Source of the DNA: the human T2T-CHM13v2.0 reference genome, Homo sapiens
Assembly: GCF_009914755.1 (NCBI RefSeq)
Contig: NC_060929.1
Reading direction: 5' to 3' (one strand)
Length of the DNA stretch: 64,000 bases
The position numbers and the translations under genes are program-made. Of this stretch, positions 1 to 18,369 are shown in pieces. The notes under the pieces are model-generated. The model had not been told where the DNA came from and did no database searches. It saw only the letters and a program-made list of their open reading frames with translations. Position 1 is the first letter of the stretch. Every line of letters starts with the position of its first letter.

Positions 1-6045
<6,045 letters not shown>

Positions 6046-6109
6046 CCTACTAAAATTATTAAACTATTAATCACCACCAAAATTATTAAACCACTCTATT
6101 CTTTAATGT

Positions 6110-6240
6110 CTTACTATGTAAGATAAAAGATTGTGAAAATAGTTTTATAATAGTATCTCTGAGAGGATTAAATGGCATGTAAATCCAAATTACTTAATCT
6201 AGTACCTACCATATAGTAAAAGTAGATAAAGATTAGATAA
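6110..6240 (+). mobile_element. MIR 3' fragment
   Basis: GAGAGGATTAAATGGCATGTAAA...CATATAGTAA resembles the MIR 3' core. Confidence 0.55.
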
Positions 6241-7983
6241 TGTTACCTTACACGTACATATCATAAACCAACAGTGCTTTAATATGATTTAGGGCTGTAT
6301 ATTAAACAACAATCTCATCCTATCAAAGTAAAAATGAAACTTCCTTCTCTCCCTATAATTTTTGTTGTTGTAAAACTCTGCTAAGTTTCCTAAGTTCCTC
6401 CTTGGGTAATTTTCCCATGTTGTCCCAGACTTTCCTATTTATTTCACCTCAGATTAATAAACATTTATTGAGCAGCGTCGGGAATACTCAGTTATATAGT
6501 TTATGACAATGAGTGGATCAGAGAGGGAACAATTCACACTGATATGACTTCTCCTAAATCAATTTTTAATAATTATATTTTAAAAGTCAAGGCAAAACAA
6601 AACACTTATTCACCCTTGAAAAGTGCAGGAACCAAGTACACCTGGAACTGCACATACATATTCAATAATTGATTTGAAACCAAATATCCTTATACCTCCC
6701 GAGCCTGTAGGTCCAACCAGGTCACACTAATATAAATTCTCAAATATTGCTGGCTTGTTTTTTGCATAATTTGAGGAAATCGATATCTACTTCAAACTCT
6801 TTCCCAGTTGTTTCTGGTAGGCCCTAGAAGTTTTCTGAGGGGAATCAGAAAATAGCTGCTCTGGTCTGATTTCTTTGCAGAGCTTCTCTGCCTGGCAGGC
6901 CAGTGGCTGGTGTTGGTCACTGCTGTTCCTCCAGTGGCAATATCTCTCCTCCTATGGTAGGTACCATAACCCCTGAGTTACTAAATTTGAGCAGATGCCA
7001 GAAGTAGAGAGTGGGGGAAAGGGGCCACTTTCTATATCTGAATCGTATGTCAGAACATGGACCCTAATTCAGCACTGCTTGTGTCAAAACTTCCAAGTGT
7101 CCCTTATGAAAGAGTTTGTCTTCTGCCCTTATTGCTTTCCCTGTGGTGGGCCAAGCTCAGTCACTGGGGACTGGCTGAGGGAAGGCATTCTGTTTGTTAC
7201 AATTTTCCTTCTTCTGTGACACATCATCCACATCACAGTCCTTTGAAGGCTTTATTCCCAACATCCATGTCATATCAAGAAAATAGAGAAATTAGAACAT
7301 AATCATTTCTCAGATGAAATTCTAATGTTTATTAATTGGTTGTTAAATTTGAGGCAGAGAGGATCATCACCTCCTTTTTGATTTTCCTAATTCATTGCTT
7401 AAGACTCATCAACTCTTTTTTCAGAACCCCATGAATTTTTCAAGTATCCTAATTTCTTAAACAATTCAAATCCGATCATTCCGATTGCTACAGATAAACA
7501 GAGAAAGCGTTAAAGTCTGATTAGTCCATCCCTGATATTGTTTTGATGCCCAATTATGTTGCTGTTGAGTTTGTGGTCCAGTATAAGTAGACAGGCCTTT
7601 GAACGTCATGCTATCATCCTTTGGTCAAGGGATCTCCTCCATCCCAACCAAAGTTGTAGCTCTTAACTACTCATACCTTTTTAGTTCCTGTGAACAATCA
7701 TATACATGGGTATCAGTTGGTTCCAGAAGCATCCCCCACAAAAGGCTGCAGAACATAAATGTACTTCCTATAGATTTTACCTCCTTATCCCCCCTCACCT
7801 GTATCATCTAGTGCTTTTAAAGGTTTTTATGGTGAACCCTCAAAATCCAAAGGGTTTACAGACATCCTTTGCTTCCCAAACTTTCTAAAAGAGGTAATTC
7901 TTAATGATTTCAAGATAGTCGTCTGACAATTCTCTCCCTAGAAAAGAAGAATTAAAGACAACTTTAATATCAAATGAGGTACC

Positions 7984-8415
7984 TGCTATCATTTGAATGT
8001 AGGTTGTTTGTTCCCATCCAATCTCATGTTAAAATTTAATCTTCATTGTTGGAGATGGGGCCTAATGGGAGGTGTTTGGGTCATGGGGGTAGATCTCTCA
8101 TGAATAGATTAATGCCCTCCATGTATGGTGACTGAGTTCTCACTCTATTAATTCCCATGAGAGCTAAATGTCAAAAGGAGCCTGGCATCTTCCCTCTTTC
8201 TTTCTCACTTTCTTTCTTGACATGTGATTTCTGCACATACTGACTGCCCCGCACCTTCCACCATGAATGGAAGCAGCCTGAGGCCCTCACCAGGTGCAGA
8301 TGCCGTATCTTGAACTTCCCAGCCATCAGAATTGTAAGGCAAACAGATCTTTTCTTTTTAATACCTTACCTAGCATTGGACACTCATTTACAGCAACATG
8401 AAATGATTTAAGACA
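7984..8415 (+). mobile_element. MST (MSTB-like) ERVL-MaLR solo LTR
   Basis: TGCTAT...ATCTCATGTTAAAATTTAATC...GGGAGGTGTTTGGGTCATGG...AAGACA, with a 5-bp TSD GTACC/GTACT. Confidence 0.9.
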
Positions 8416-9806
8416 GTACTCATCTGCTAGAGTACCCATTACACAAGTATCTCTGAATACCAGTTGAGGCTTAGTTTCAACTCTAATTAAATATTTATTA
8501 CTGTTATCAACATGGCTTTAGAGTTTTACTGCAGGGTCAGAGAAAGTCACAGGATAAATTTTGATCCATTGCAAGGTCATCTTAACATGTAAAAGCTGTG
8601 AACTTGCAAGACAGGGAAAAAATACAGAAAATTATATAAAGTGCTTGCCCGCTAAATGAGGCAAACGAGTTCAAAATGATATAAAAGAATGATACATGCA
8701 TGTGAATTATACAATGGTAAGGAGTCTTTAATTGGAGAGAAGATATCAGCATGTCTTCAAAGTCCAATAGATAAATCATTTAGACATCTTAAAAATTAGT
8801 AAAACTGATAGCTAAAATCTGGGGATGGGGTTGAAAATTCAAATGAAAATAAGATAATATATAAACTAATACTCATGTTTTGAAAGCTCAGTCCTTTAAT
8901 ATCATACTGAAGCCTCGTTATAATAAAAATAAATAGGACTCTACCAGAGATGGGTGGAGGAGACAGCAAATATCAAATTCTTGCCAAGAACCTTCTTAGC
9001 TGTGTATACTGAAAGAGATGTAAATGAACTTCCAGTTTATTTGAGTTGCTCTTACTATTTCCTTGTGATTTTTTAATAGTAAAAAGTTTAGTATTAAGCA
9101 CAGACATAATTATATTATAGTATTTTTTTGATACTTAAGATCATTTGTTATATTCAAGTATTTAACAGTTTACCCTTTTAATCTTCATTTGAAATGTGTA
9201 TTTGAGTAGTTAATATTGATTTGCGATTTTATTTGACATATTGAAGAAATTTTTTTGTTAATTTTGTTGTAGATAAATATTTAAAAATATTCAAAGATAC
9301 AATATGTATATGTAAACTTTGTTAAATATCAAAAGGTCTCTGGAGAACGTGGGAAGGTTTTGTTCATTATTTAGAGTATAGAAATACTTAAAGAGATGTT
9401 TAAATATATTTTCTTTGGAAATTCAGGCAACATATTAAAGAAATATAGCTAAACACTAAAAGTTTTCTTAAGTATGACAAGATGTATTAGAATTATATAT
9501 TAAAATATTCAATATTTAAAATTAAAATTGGCTAGATTTATAAAAAATATGTATGAATTCTTAATTATAATAAATCTAGTATAAGTTCTAAAAACTAAAG
9601 TAAATGCTAATGGTTTTTTATTGCACCTGAATACCAAAATAACTTACTATGAAAAATATACATCTGGTAAAACATTCTAGTAAAAAAGAGATAAGTAAGT
9701 TTAATCTTACATACATTGGCAAATTGATGAAAATAAAGCCAACTATAATTAAAAGTCTACATTTTGGAGAACTTTCTCTTCAAATTTGAAAATCAAATAA
9801 AATTTA

Positions 9807-10093
9807 GGCCCCATGTGGTGGCTTATGCCTGTAATCTCAGCACTTTGGGAGGCCGAAAGCGGGTGGATCACTTGAGGCCAGGAGTTAGACACCAGCCTGT
9901 CCAACATGGTGAAACCCCATCTCTACTAAAAATACATAAATTAGCTAGGCGTGGTGGCTGAGGCAGGAGAATTGCTTGAATCCAGGAGGCGGAGGTTGCA
10001 GTGAGCAGAGATCGTGCCCCTGCATTCCAGCCTGGGCGACAGAGCGAGGCTGTCCAAAAAAAAAAAAAAAAGAAAAAAGAAAAGAAAAGAAAA
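9807..10093 (+). mobile_element. AluS element with an internal deletion of about 31 bp in the right arm
   Basis: Alu left arm, A-linker, GTGGTGGC joined directly to TGAGGCAGGAGAAT, A/GAAAA tail. Confidence 0.93.
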
Positions 10094-10923
10094 TGTATCC
10101 AAAAAGAGATTTTATTTATTTATTTTTTACAGGTAACAGGTAAATTTTTCAAATAAATAAAAGTCTTTCAAAAATAACTTGGAAGATTAAAAAAATGAAG
10201 GTTTGTTTAAATGAACTCTAAGTGTTTCCTGATTTTTTTTTTTTTTAGGTTGCAGGTAGTGTTTTTATTTTCTTTTTTATTACATCTCAGAGTATTATAT
10301 CTCAGTTTTATCTACTTTCATCCTTCACTGACATTAAAAAATAAAGGATTATTAAATGGCAATGCCTTTATAATAACACCACCAATTTGGGAATTTCTGT
10401 GGTGACACTGATTTGTGCTTTTAGACTCAGATATACCTCTGAATACGTGGGCTGCATCTCCTTATAGCAAAGCATTGGAGTTCGCCTTTATTTATGTCCA
10501 TTATAGATACAAAAAACAAATTGTTCAAGCACAACATCAAAGAGTTGTCTGGGAAGAACACAGGAATATTGGAAAACATTCAAGTATAAATTTATGAATG
10601 CCCTAAATTAAATTAACTTTTAAAGTATAATATAGGACTCCTGGATTGCTGTAGTAATTGGAATGTGTTTAAAAAGTACTACCATAATGTAAAATAAGTT
10701 GCTCTTCTGTATACTTATTTTACTTGCATTTTTATCTTACACAAATGGATAAACCTATCTATTTTAAATAAATTGTTACCAGTTACCTTAGATAAATATT
10801 TTTAAATTTTATTAAAATAACCATAATGACACAAAATAGAGGAATCCCAGTAGAAAAAAACAACAGGCAGGACTGATGGTTGCCTATTGGCAGACTCTTG
10901 GAGGATTTTCCATTAATTACGAG

Positions 10924-12080
10924 CAGGCTCAGCCTACCTTATGTGGGCTTCGTGCAAGAGTGCAAATTGAGACACATGGGCTGTGGTAGGTTGATTGCAA
11001 AAATGGCCCAATTTTCCACTCCTTCCAAAATTCTCATCTCTGCAATGTGATTTTGTAGCTTCTCTCATTAAGTGATGGAATTTCCCTGTACACAAATCCA
11101 AGCTGACTCGGACTTGTTTTTGCTAATGCAATGCAATGGTAATAATACATAGTTCTGAAACTAGGCTTCAAGAGACCTTGCATGTATCTGTCCTTTTTCT
11201 TCAAATGCTGTCACCACCATGAAACCATGTGGGCTAGCCTCATGGAGTGCTGAATCAAGACAGCTGAGACCATTTTAAGCTAGCCAGACCCCAGCCAACC
11301 AACTAGCTACTCACCAACAAGAGATCAGCCATGCCTGGCCCATATCCAAAGAATTTCTTAATGAACCCACAGACTTAGGAGAAGTAGAAAAAGTTCATTG
11401 TTTCAGCCAGTAAGTTTGGGGACATGTGTTATGCTGCATTCACTAATATAAACATCATATCTAAACATTTAAAACCATTAATCTAGCTAACTGTTAAAGA
11501 AAATGCTTTAACTTCTTATCATTATTATAATAATTTCATAACACAGAAGGCCAGGTTTAAGTTTAGAATTTGCAAACTTTTTGTTGCAGATCATAACTTA
11601 GAGGCAAGAGAAGAGCCTGCCTCCTGGCCTTAACCCAAGCCAGTGGCCTGCTCCCACTTTTTCTTGCTACTTTCAGCTCCCTTCTTCATGAGAAAACCCA
11701 ATGCACAAATATGGATACATCAACGCACAAATGTGAGCTCTGCTGACAACTTCCCACTCCTACATATAGCTAGGGCCACTGCTCTGTAGAAGTATACCTG
11801 CGCAGTTAAGGTCAATCACTGGAAGGAGAAGCCCAGTGAAGAGATCTTACAGGCTCTGCGAAGAGGCTTGGAGTTATTTGGGCAGGGATTTATAATGATT
11901 CAGGTACACTCAGCATGAGAATATGGGAGAGGCACAAGGTGCAGACAGGTATGTGCCTTGCCCTTGCAGATCCTTTATCTCATAAGAGGGAAACAGCTAG
12001 AAGAGAGCCAGTTTGGATGTTTTCTAAATTGTGGAACCCAGGATGACAGTCTCTCTTGACCAGGTCTAAGGAGGCTACTG
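10924..12080 (-). mobile_element. MER115-like hAT-Tip100 DNA transposon relic, split by an MLT1 LTR
   Basis: The minus strand begins CAGTAGCCTCCTTAGACCTGGTCAAGAG, like the MER115 terminus as I recall it. The other end reads CAGGCTCAGCCTACC...CGTGCAA. Degenerate 8-bp TSD ATTACGAG/ACTACAAG. Confidence 0.7.
10982..11454 (+). mobile_element. MLT1 (MLT1H/I-like) MaLR solo LTR
   Basis: TGTGGTAGGTTGATTGCAAAAATGGCCC start; CAGCCAGTAAGTTTGGGGACATGTGTTATGCTGCA...AACA end. Confidence 0.8.
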
Positions 12081-12249
12081 ACTACAAGCCAAGAGAACTA
12101 TACTAAAAACACAAATTTTGATGCAGTAGAAAATAGAAAGAGTAACTTTTATTTCTCTTCTACTCTCTGCTCCTTATTCACAAACACAAAATTTTAACAC
12201 TTAGACAACTGGACAATCACACTACAATTAAATGGATAGAAACTTATGT

Positions 12250-15200
12250 ATAAATGTACATAAATAATAGCATCTTTCTTAATTGTGCTATGCAAATATT
12301 CTCTATTTTTGCTGATTTATTTTTCTCTTTTACTGTGAGACAGAGATTTTGTTAAAATTTTCCACTGCAATTATAAATTTGTCTGGTTTTCCTTTTATTA
12401 ATGTCAGTTTTTGTTTCATATAGTTTGAGTCTAAGTATTGACTGTTAACACACTTAGAATTAGTATAATATCTTCCCAGGGACTGAGCATTTTATCAGTA
12501 CAAATATCATTCTTTAACTCTAGTAACTCTTTTTACTTTAAAGTCTATTTTGTCTGATTTTCATATAACTATACCTGATTTCTTTTAGTTTTTGCTTTCT
12601 TGGTAAAGCATTGTCCATTCTTTAACTTTCATGTTTTCTGGATTCTTTTATTTAAGGTATGGCTCTTCTATACCACATATACTTGTACTCTTTTGTAATC
12701 CTAACGATCTATAAAATATATGATTTTTAGAAATGTTTTCTACTCACCTTCAATTCAATTAATAATACATTTCTGTTTGAATTTACTTTTTTACCCTCTT
12801 TCTTTCTATTTGTCCCATATACAGTTCAGTATATTTCTTTTCCCTTATTTTCTTATTTTTTTCTGGATTATTTATGGAGTTTTCTTACTTCCTTATTCGT
12901 TTATAAGTTACTTATTCTATTACTCATCTTTTAGTCATTATCACAGAAATTATAATGTGCATCTACAAATTGTTGGTTTTCTACTTCTAAATATTGCAAA
13001 TGTCTTACTCCTTTACCTTTTGAGATATATTTATATGTTTACATTAAATATAAATATATGTGAATTTGACATGTATTTTAAACACTACATGGTGTCATTG
13101 TTTTTGTTTTATACAGCCAATATTGATGTAGATTTATCCTAATATTAACCATTTCCTTTGCTCTTTATTCTTTTATTTAATTGTTTGCATTAAGGACCCT
13201 TTCTTTCTGCTTGAAAAAATTTCTTTATCTCAGTTTTTGTTTTTATGTAAATGTATTATGATTTCATTATTGAAGTATATATTTGCTGAGTTTTGAATTT
13301 CAGATTGAAGCTTTATCTTTTAAAACTCTGAAGATATCATTCCAGAGTTTTCTGATATCTTTATTTTTATTGAGAAATCTATAGTCTTATTGTTATTTCT
13401 TTAATAAGGTAATTTTTTGAAGTAATTCCATGACTGCTTTTATAATGTTTTCTTTGTCTTCAGTTTTCACTAATTTTACTATGATGTGCCTAGGTTTGGA
13501 TTTGTTTTGGAAAAAAAAAATCTGCTTGTAGAGCTTCAATTGTTCACCATATCTTTGGCAGCTTTGTAAACATTTTCGTCATTATCTCTTCAAATATTAT
13601 TTCTACCTATTTTCTCTCCTTTCTTTCTAACATATTAGACCTTGTCAGTGTGCCTCTTATATCTCTTACTCTATTTTTCATTATATTTCTTCTCCTGGTT
13701 TCGATCTGGATATTTTCTGCTAACTTATCCTTACTAACCTCTTTTACTTCATCAAAATTGCTATTACATTTATTTATCTGGTACTTAATGTCAATTATTA
13801 TAGGTTATGGTTTTAGAATTGTCATTAGATTATTTAAAAATCTAAATACTAATTCCCTACTAAAATTCTCTATCTTATTCCCTATATTTAAAATACATTG
13901 TCACAGTTATTTAAAATTCATTTTTGATATCTTCAATGGGCTTGTTTCTATTGTCTACTTTTTTCCTCTTGGTTTTCTGTCTTGTTATCTCATCTGTCAT
14001 ATATCTGGTAAGTTTTGCTTGCATGCAGAATATTGTGTCTGAAAAATTATTGATATAATTTTTGGTTTTGGTTGATGCTTATTGTCTCCACAGAGAAATT
14101 ATTTTGTTTTTTACATACAATTACACTGATAGAAGATGATCTTAATTCAATCAGTGTTTGAGCTAATTAAAAAAACAAAACAAAAACAGGGTTATAGTCT
14201 CTGTGAAGATGAGCCTATAATTTAGTTTTTCCTATTCCTGGATCTTATTCCTATGGGAGAGGTAACAGTTTTTGTGGAGGCTGATAGATTTCTATATTCC
14301 ATTAATTCTAGGAAATAGCCCTTCAGGTTTCCTAATTTAAAACTTGGAGAATTTTCCAAAGTTTTTCTTTTGTGTCAGGTCCTGAATTCTAATTTTTCTT
14401 TCACAGCTCCATTCACCTCTTAATATTTCTGCTCAACTCCTTAACCTCTTTTCCACAGGTATCAAAAATTGGCAAATGTGTCAAGGCCACAGAGGAAGTG
14501 AGAAACAAGTACACAAAATATTGGGCTTATATTATTGTAGTATTCTTTTCCCTTGGATCTTGATTCCTCAAATGTGGCGGCAGCTACCTCTCTAATGTTC
14601 ACAAATTAATGTTTCTTATATTTTTTAAAGCTCTCTCTATTTTTTTTTTTTTTTTGCAGAAGAATTAGGCTGATTTAAGTAAAGTCACCATATTTCCCCT
14701 TTTATATTTTTTGGCAAATATTTCCCCTTTTGTATTTGCCCTTTTATATGTTTTGGCAAATATTGTTGATTACATATAATTTGAAGAGTTATTGTGATAC
14801 ATAAAATCTTCATGAAAATTAAAATATGATACATTTGCAACTTACTTCTCTTAATGTAGTATTTTGGTATATAGAAAAGGATTTAATTTGCTTTACAATT
14901 ACACTAATTAGTTAATCTAGCAATTCTAATCTGTGAATCTTATTTTAGCCACTAAATATATATTCCTTATTATCATATTGGGTGCTAATTGTGAATAGAA
15001 TATGCATTTTAATATATGGTCATATTTTCCTCCAATTTCATTCATGGCCTCAACTTTCTTTTTTTGATTATCATCTTAAACTTTAGGATTAATAGGTAAT
15101 AAATAGCCATTCATTGTTCAATCATTATAATTATTTTTTTTCCAATTATATATTCCAGTGCTAGTCTCAATGTATTTTTCAAGCTATATATGAGAGCACA

Positions 15201-15300
15201 ATTTCTGTGTTTTCCTATGAATTGATGTAAACTGATTTGTTGTCTGATACATTGTCCTTTGCTATTCTTCATCTATATTCTAAATTTTAATTTCCCCCAA
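12250..15300 (-). mobile_element. Ancient, highly degraded L1M (ORF2 start, ORF1 and 5' region), boundaries approximate
   Basis: T-rich antisense L1M tracts such as AAGTCTATTTTGTCTGAT, TGAAGATATCATTCCA, TTTTACTATGATGTGCCTAGGT and CATTATCTCTTCAAATATT. Confidence 0.7.
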
Positions 15301-17275
15301 CCAACAAAAAGATAAAAGTAGCACCTTAGAAATCTTTATCTCCCAGGGCACTTCAGTAAATAAGACAATAATTTCGTTTTGAAAATATAGGCTGTAAGCT
15401 CAAAACTCTAAAGACCAATACAGGAAATTATCTTGAAAAAAATAAAAAAAGAGTAATAAATTATGGTGAAATACAGTTATATCATATACGACAGAAGTAA
15501 AAAAAAGTTACTGAATATTCAATACATATGAAAGATGAATTATTTTCAGGGAGGTACAGGTCCAAAAAAATATGTTTTGTGATAATATTATGGATTAGAA
15601 CAAGAAAAACAACAGGAGCAAGATACTTTCTAATAGAATTTATCTGAGTTATTTACATGTTTGCCTTTCAGGATTTCAATTATTAAATTTACTTCAATTT
15701 TTAAAATACATAATAGCACTTTTCAATAATATAGGAAAACAGTAGCTAAAAATACATAAATATCCTTGGTCATATTATGTTATTTCTAAATAGGCTATAT
15801 GATGTAATTTTTAGGTCATTTTTGCAGACAGCTTTTAGAATTTTTTCAAATAGTTTTGCCAATTTTAAAAGTTGATCATAAAAATGATATTTGTTATACA
15901 GCAAATTGAGTTATAGTATTAGTATGATTTAAAACAGTATATTAATAATTTTATATTTAATATTTCTCTATCTTAAGTAGTAATTCAGTTATAAAAGTAA
16001 ACCAAAACAACAGTGTTTAATTATTCCTCAGTGGGTAAAAATGCTGAAATATGGAGTAGCACTAGAAAATTTATTGAGTTAGAAGCAAGCATGTATTTAA
16101 AGCAAAAAATACATGCTTGAGATGATATATAAGAAATTTAATTATTTGTGTATAAATCTTCTTTTGAGCCCTCACCTGGTGCATCATTTGCCATTAGCAA
16201 GTATTTTTAATAAATCAATTTATACATAGCTGTCTAAACTCCTCTTAACTCTGTTTCCAATGTATATCACTTTAAGCATTTCTGACATTGAACAGAGGGA
16301 AATCCAATATGTTTAATGACACTGCAATTTGTTTCATAAGTCTTTTTCAAACAAAAATATGACACAGTGTATGATGTGTAAATTGTCTAAATGTTTTAAT
16401 TTTATACTAAAATTTCTATGATACCTGTTATCAACATTTTAATGAGTAGGAACATAAAGAAAAACATACTAATGAAAAACTTTTTTTAATGAAGTACAAC
16501 ATTAATCTTTGAATACTGTCATTCTTATTTGTTGTTTGTATTGTACCTTAGACTCTATTCTAATTTTTAAATTGTTTTAAATTGAAATGAAGATTGAATA
16601 TCATTATATTAAACTCCTCAAAGTGATGTTTACTTTTTTCCCTCTAATGTAATGTGCTCTGTCCAATTTCATTTATATTATTTAAACAAATTATTGATTG
16701 TGGCTAAGCACCTCATGTTTACTTTTGAGAGCTATACAGCAAAAGGCATGTGTATAATCTAAAATACCTCAAAGAAGAACAAAATTGAGAGGATGAAATT
16801 CTAGAACCTATGTTATAGTGAGTGTCATAAACAGAATTGCCTAGCATGGAAAAGAAATATTCAGGGATACCATACAGGTTACGATTATATCCCTCCTGCA
16901 TGGCTCCACTAGATAAAGTGTAGAATAATTGAATGCATACCACGGAGAAACAGAGTTAAATCCACATAAGAAAATGTATTTCTAAAAACAGAGTTGTATA
17001 AATTATATAAAGGTGAAATAAGTCTCTGAGAATTCCAGCAGCAAATTTGTGAGAGACTTGAGAGTGGACATAGGAAAAAGGTGTATTGGCCTTGAATGTC
17101 TATATCAACACTTATAATCAGGTATTGACAATGATCAGATGATCTATGAACTATTCTATATAGAATACATAGAATTTTAATCTGTATTAAGGTTATACAT
17201 TTATTTAAATTATACACTCATGATGGGACAAGTGTCAGGATGTTAAGTTGTTTTGTAACACTAATAAATTTTAAA

Positions 17276-18369
17276 GCAAACTACCCCTCTGACAAGGGAT
17301 TAATACTTAGAATATATAAGGAGCTCAAACAACTCTACAGGAAAAATATCTAATAATATTATCAAAACATGGGCAAAAAATTTGAAAAGACATTTCTCAA
17401 AAGAAGACACACAAATGGCAAACTGTTATATGAAAAGATGCTCAACATCACTGATCATCAGAGAAATGCAAATCAAAACTGGAGTGAGATATTATCTAAC
17501 CCAAATTAAAATGGCTTATATCCAAAAGACAGACAATAACAAATGTTGGTGAGGATGTGAAGAAAAGAGAAACCTTGTTTACTGTTGTAGGGAATCTAAA
17601 TTAATATAACCACTATGGACAACAGTTGTGAGATTCCTCAAAAATCAAAAAATTGAGCTACCATGTCATCCAGCCATCCCACTGCTGAGTATATATTGAA
17701 AAGAAAGGAAATCAATATATCGAAGAGATATCTGCACTCCTATGTTTGTTGCAGCACTGTTTACAATACCTAATATTTGGAAGCAACCTACATGTTCATC
17801 CACAGATGAACAGATAAAGAAAATGTGATACATACACACAACAGAGTACTATTCAGCCATAAAAAAGAATGAGATCTAGTCATTTCCAACAACGTGGATA
17901 AAACTGGAGATCAATATGTTAAGTGAAATAAGCCAGGCACAGAAAGACAAGCATTTCATGTCCTCACTTATTTGTGGGATCTAAAAATTAAGACAACTGA
18001 CCTTACGGACATAGGGAGTAGAAGGATGGTTACCAGAGGATGGGTCATGGGGGTGGAGGGGAAGTTGTGGATGGTTGATAGGTACCAAAAAATTTAGAAA
18101 GAATAAATAAGACTTACTATTTGACAGCACAATATGGTGACTACAGTCAATAATAACTTAATTGTATATTTTTAAATAACTTAAAGATTGTAATTGGATT
18201 TTTTGTAACTCAAAGGCTAAATGCTTGAGGGAATGGGTAGCTCATTCTCCATCATGTGCTTATTTCAGACTGCATGCCTGTATCAAAACATCTTGTGTAC
18301 CCCATAAATATATATACCTATTATGTATGCTCAAAAATTAAAAAAATAATAATTTAAAAATTTAAAAAA
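17276..18369 (+). mobile_element. L1MA1/2-like 3' end, 5'-truncated
   Basis: ORF2 tail (GACAAGGGATTAATA, GAGAAATGCAAATCAAAAC) and 3'UTR TGCATGCCTGTATCAAAACATCT...CCCATAAATATATA, followed by an A-rich tail. Confidence 0.92.

Noticed and set aside
7677-7745. 69-nt minus-strand exon candidate with AAG|gtatga donor
   Set aside because: Weak pyrimidine tract, and a stop in the phase that would fit the neighbouring candidates.
12720-14042. Hydrophobic 140-aa and 130-aa ORFs that look like membrane proteins
   Set aside because: T-rich antisense strand of degraded L1M gives F/L/I-rich pseudo-ORFs.
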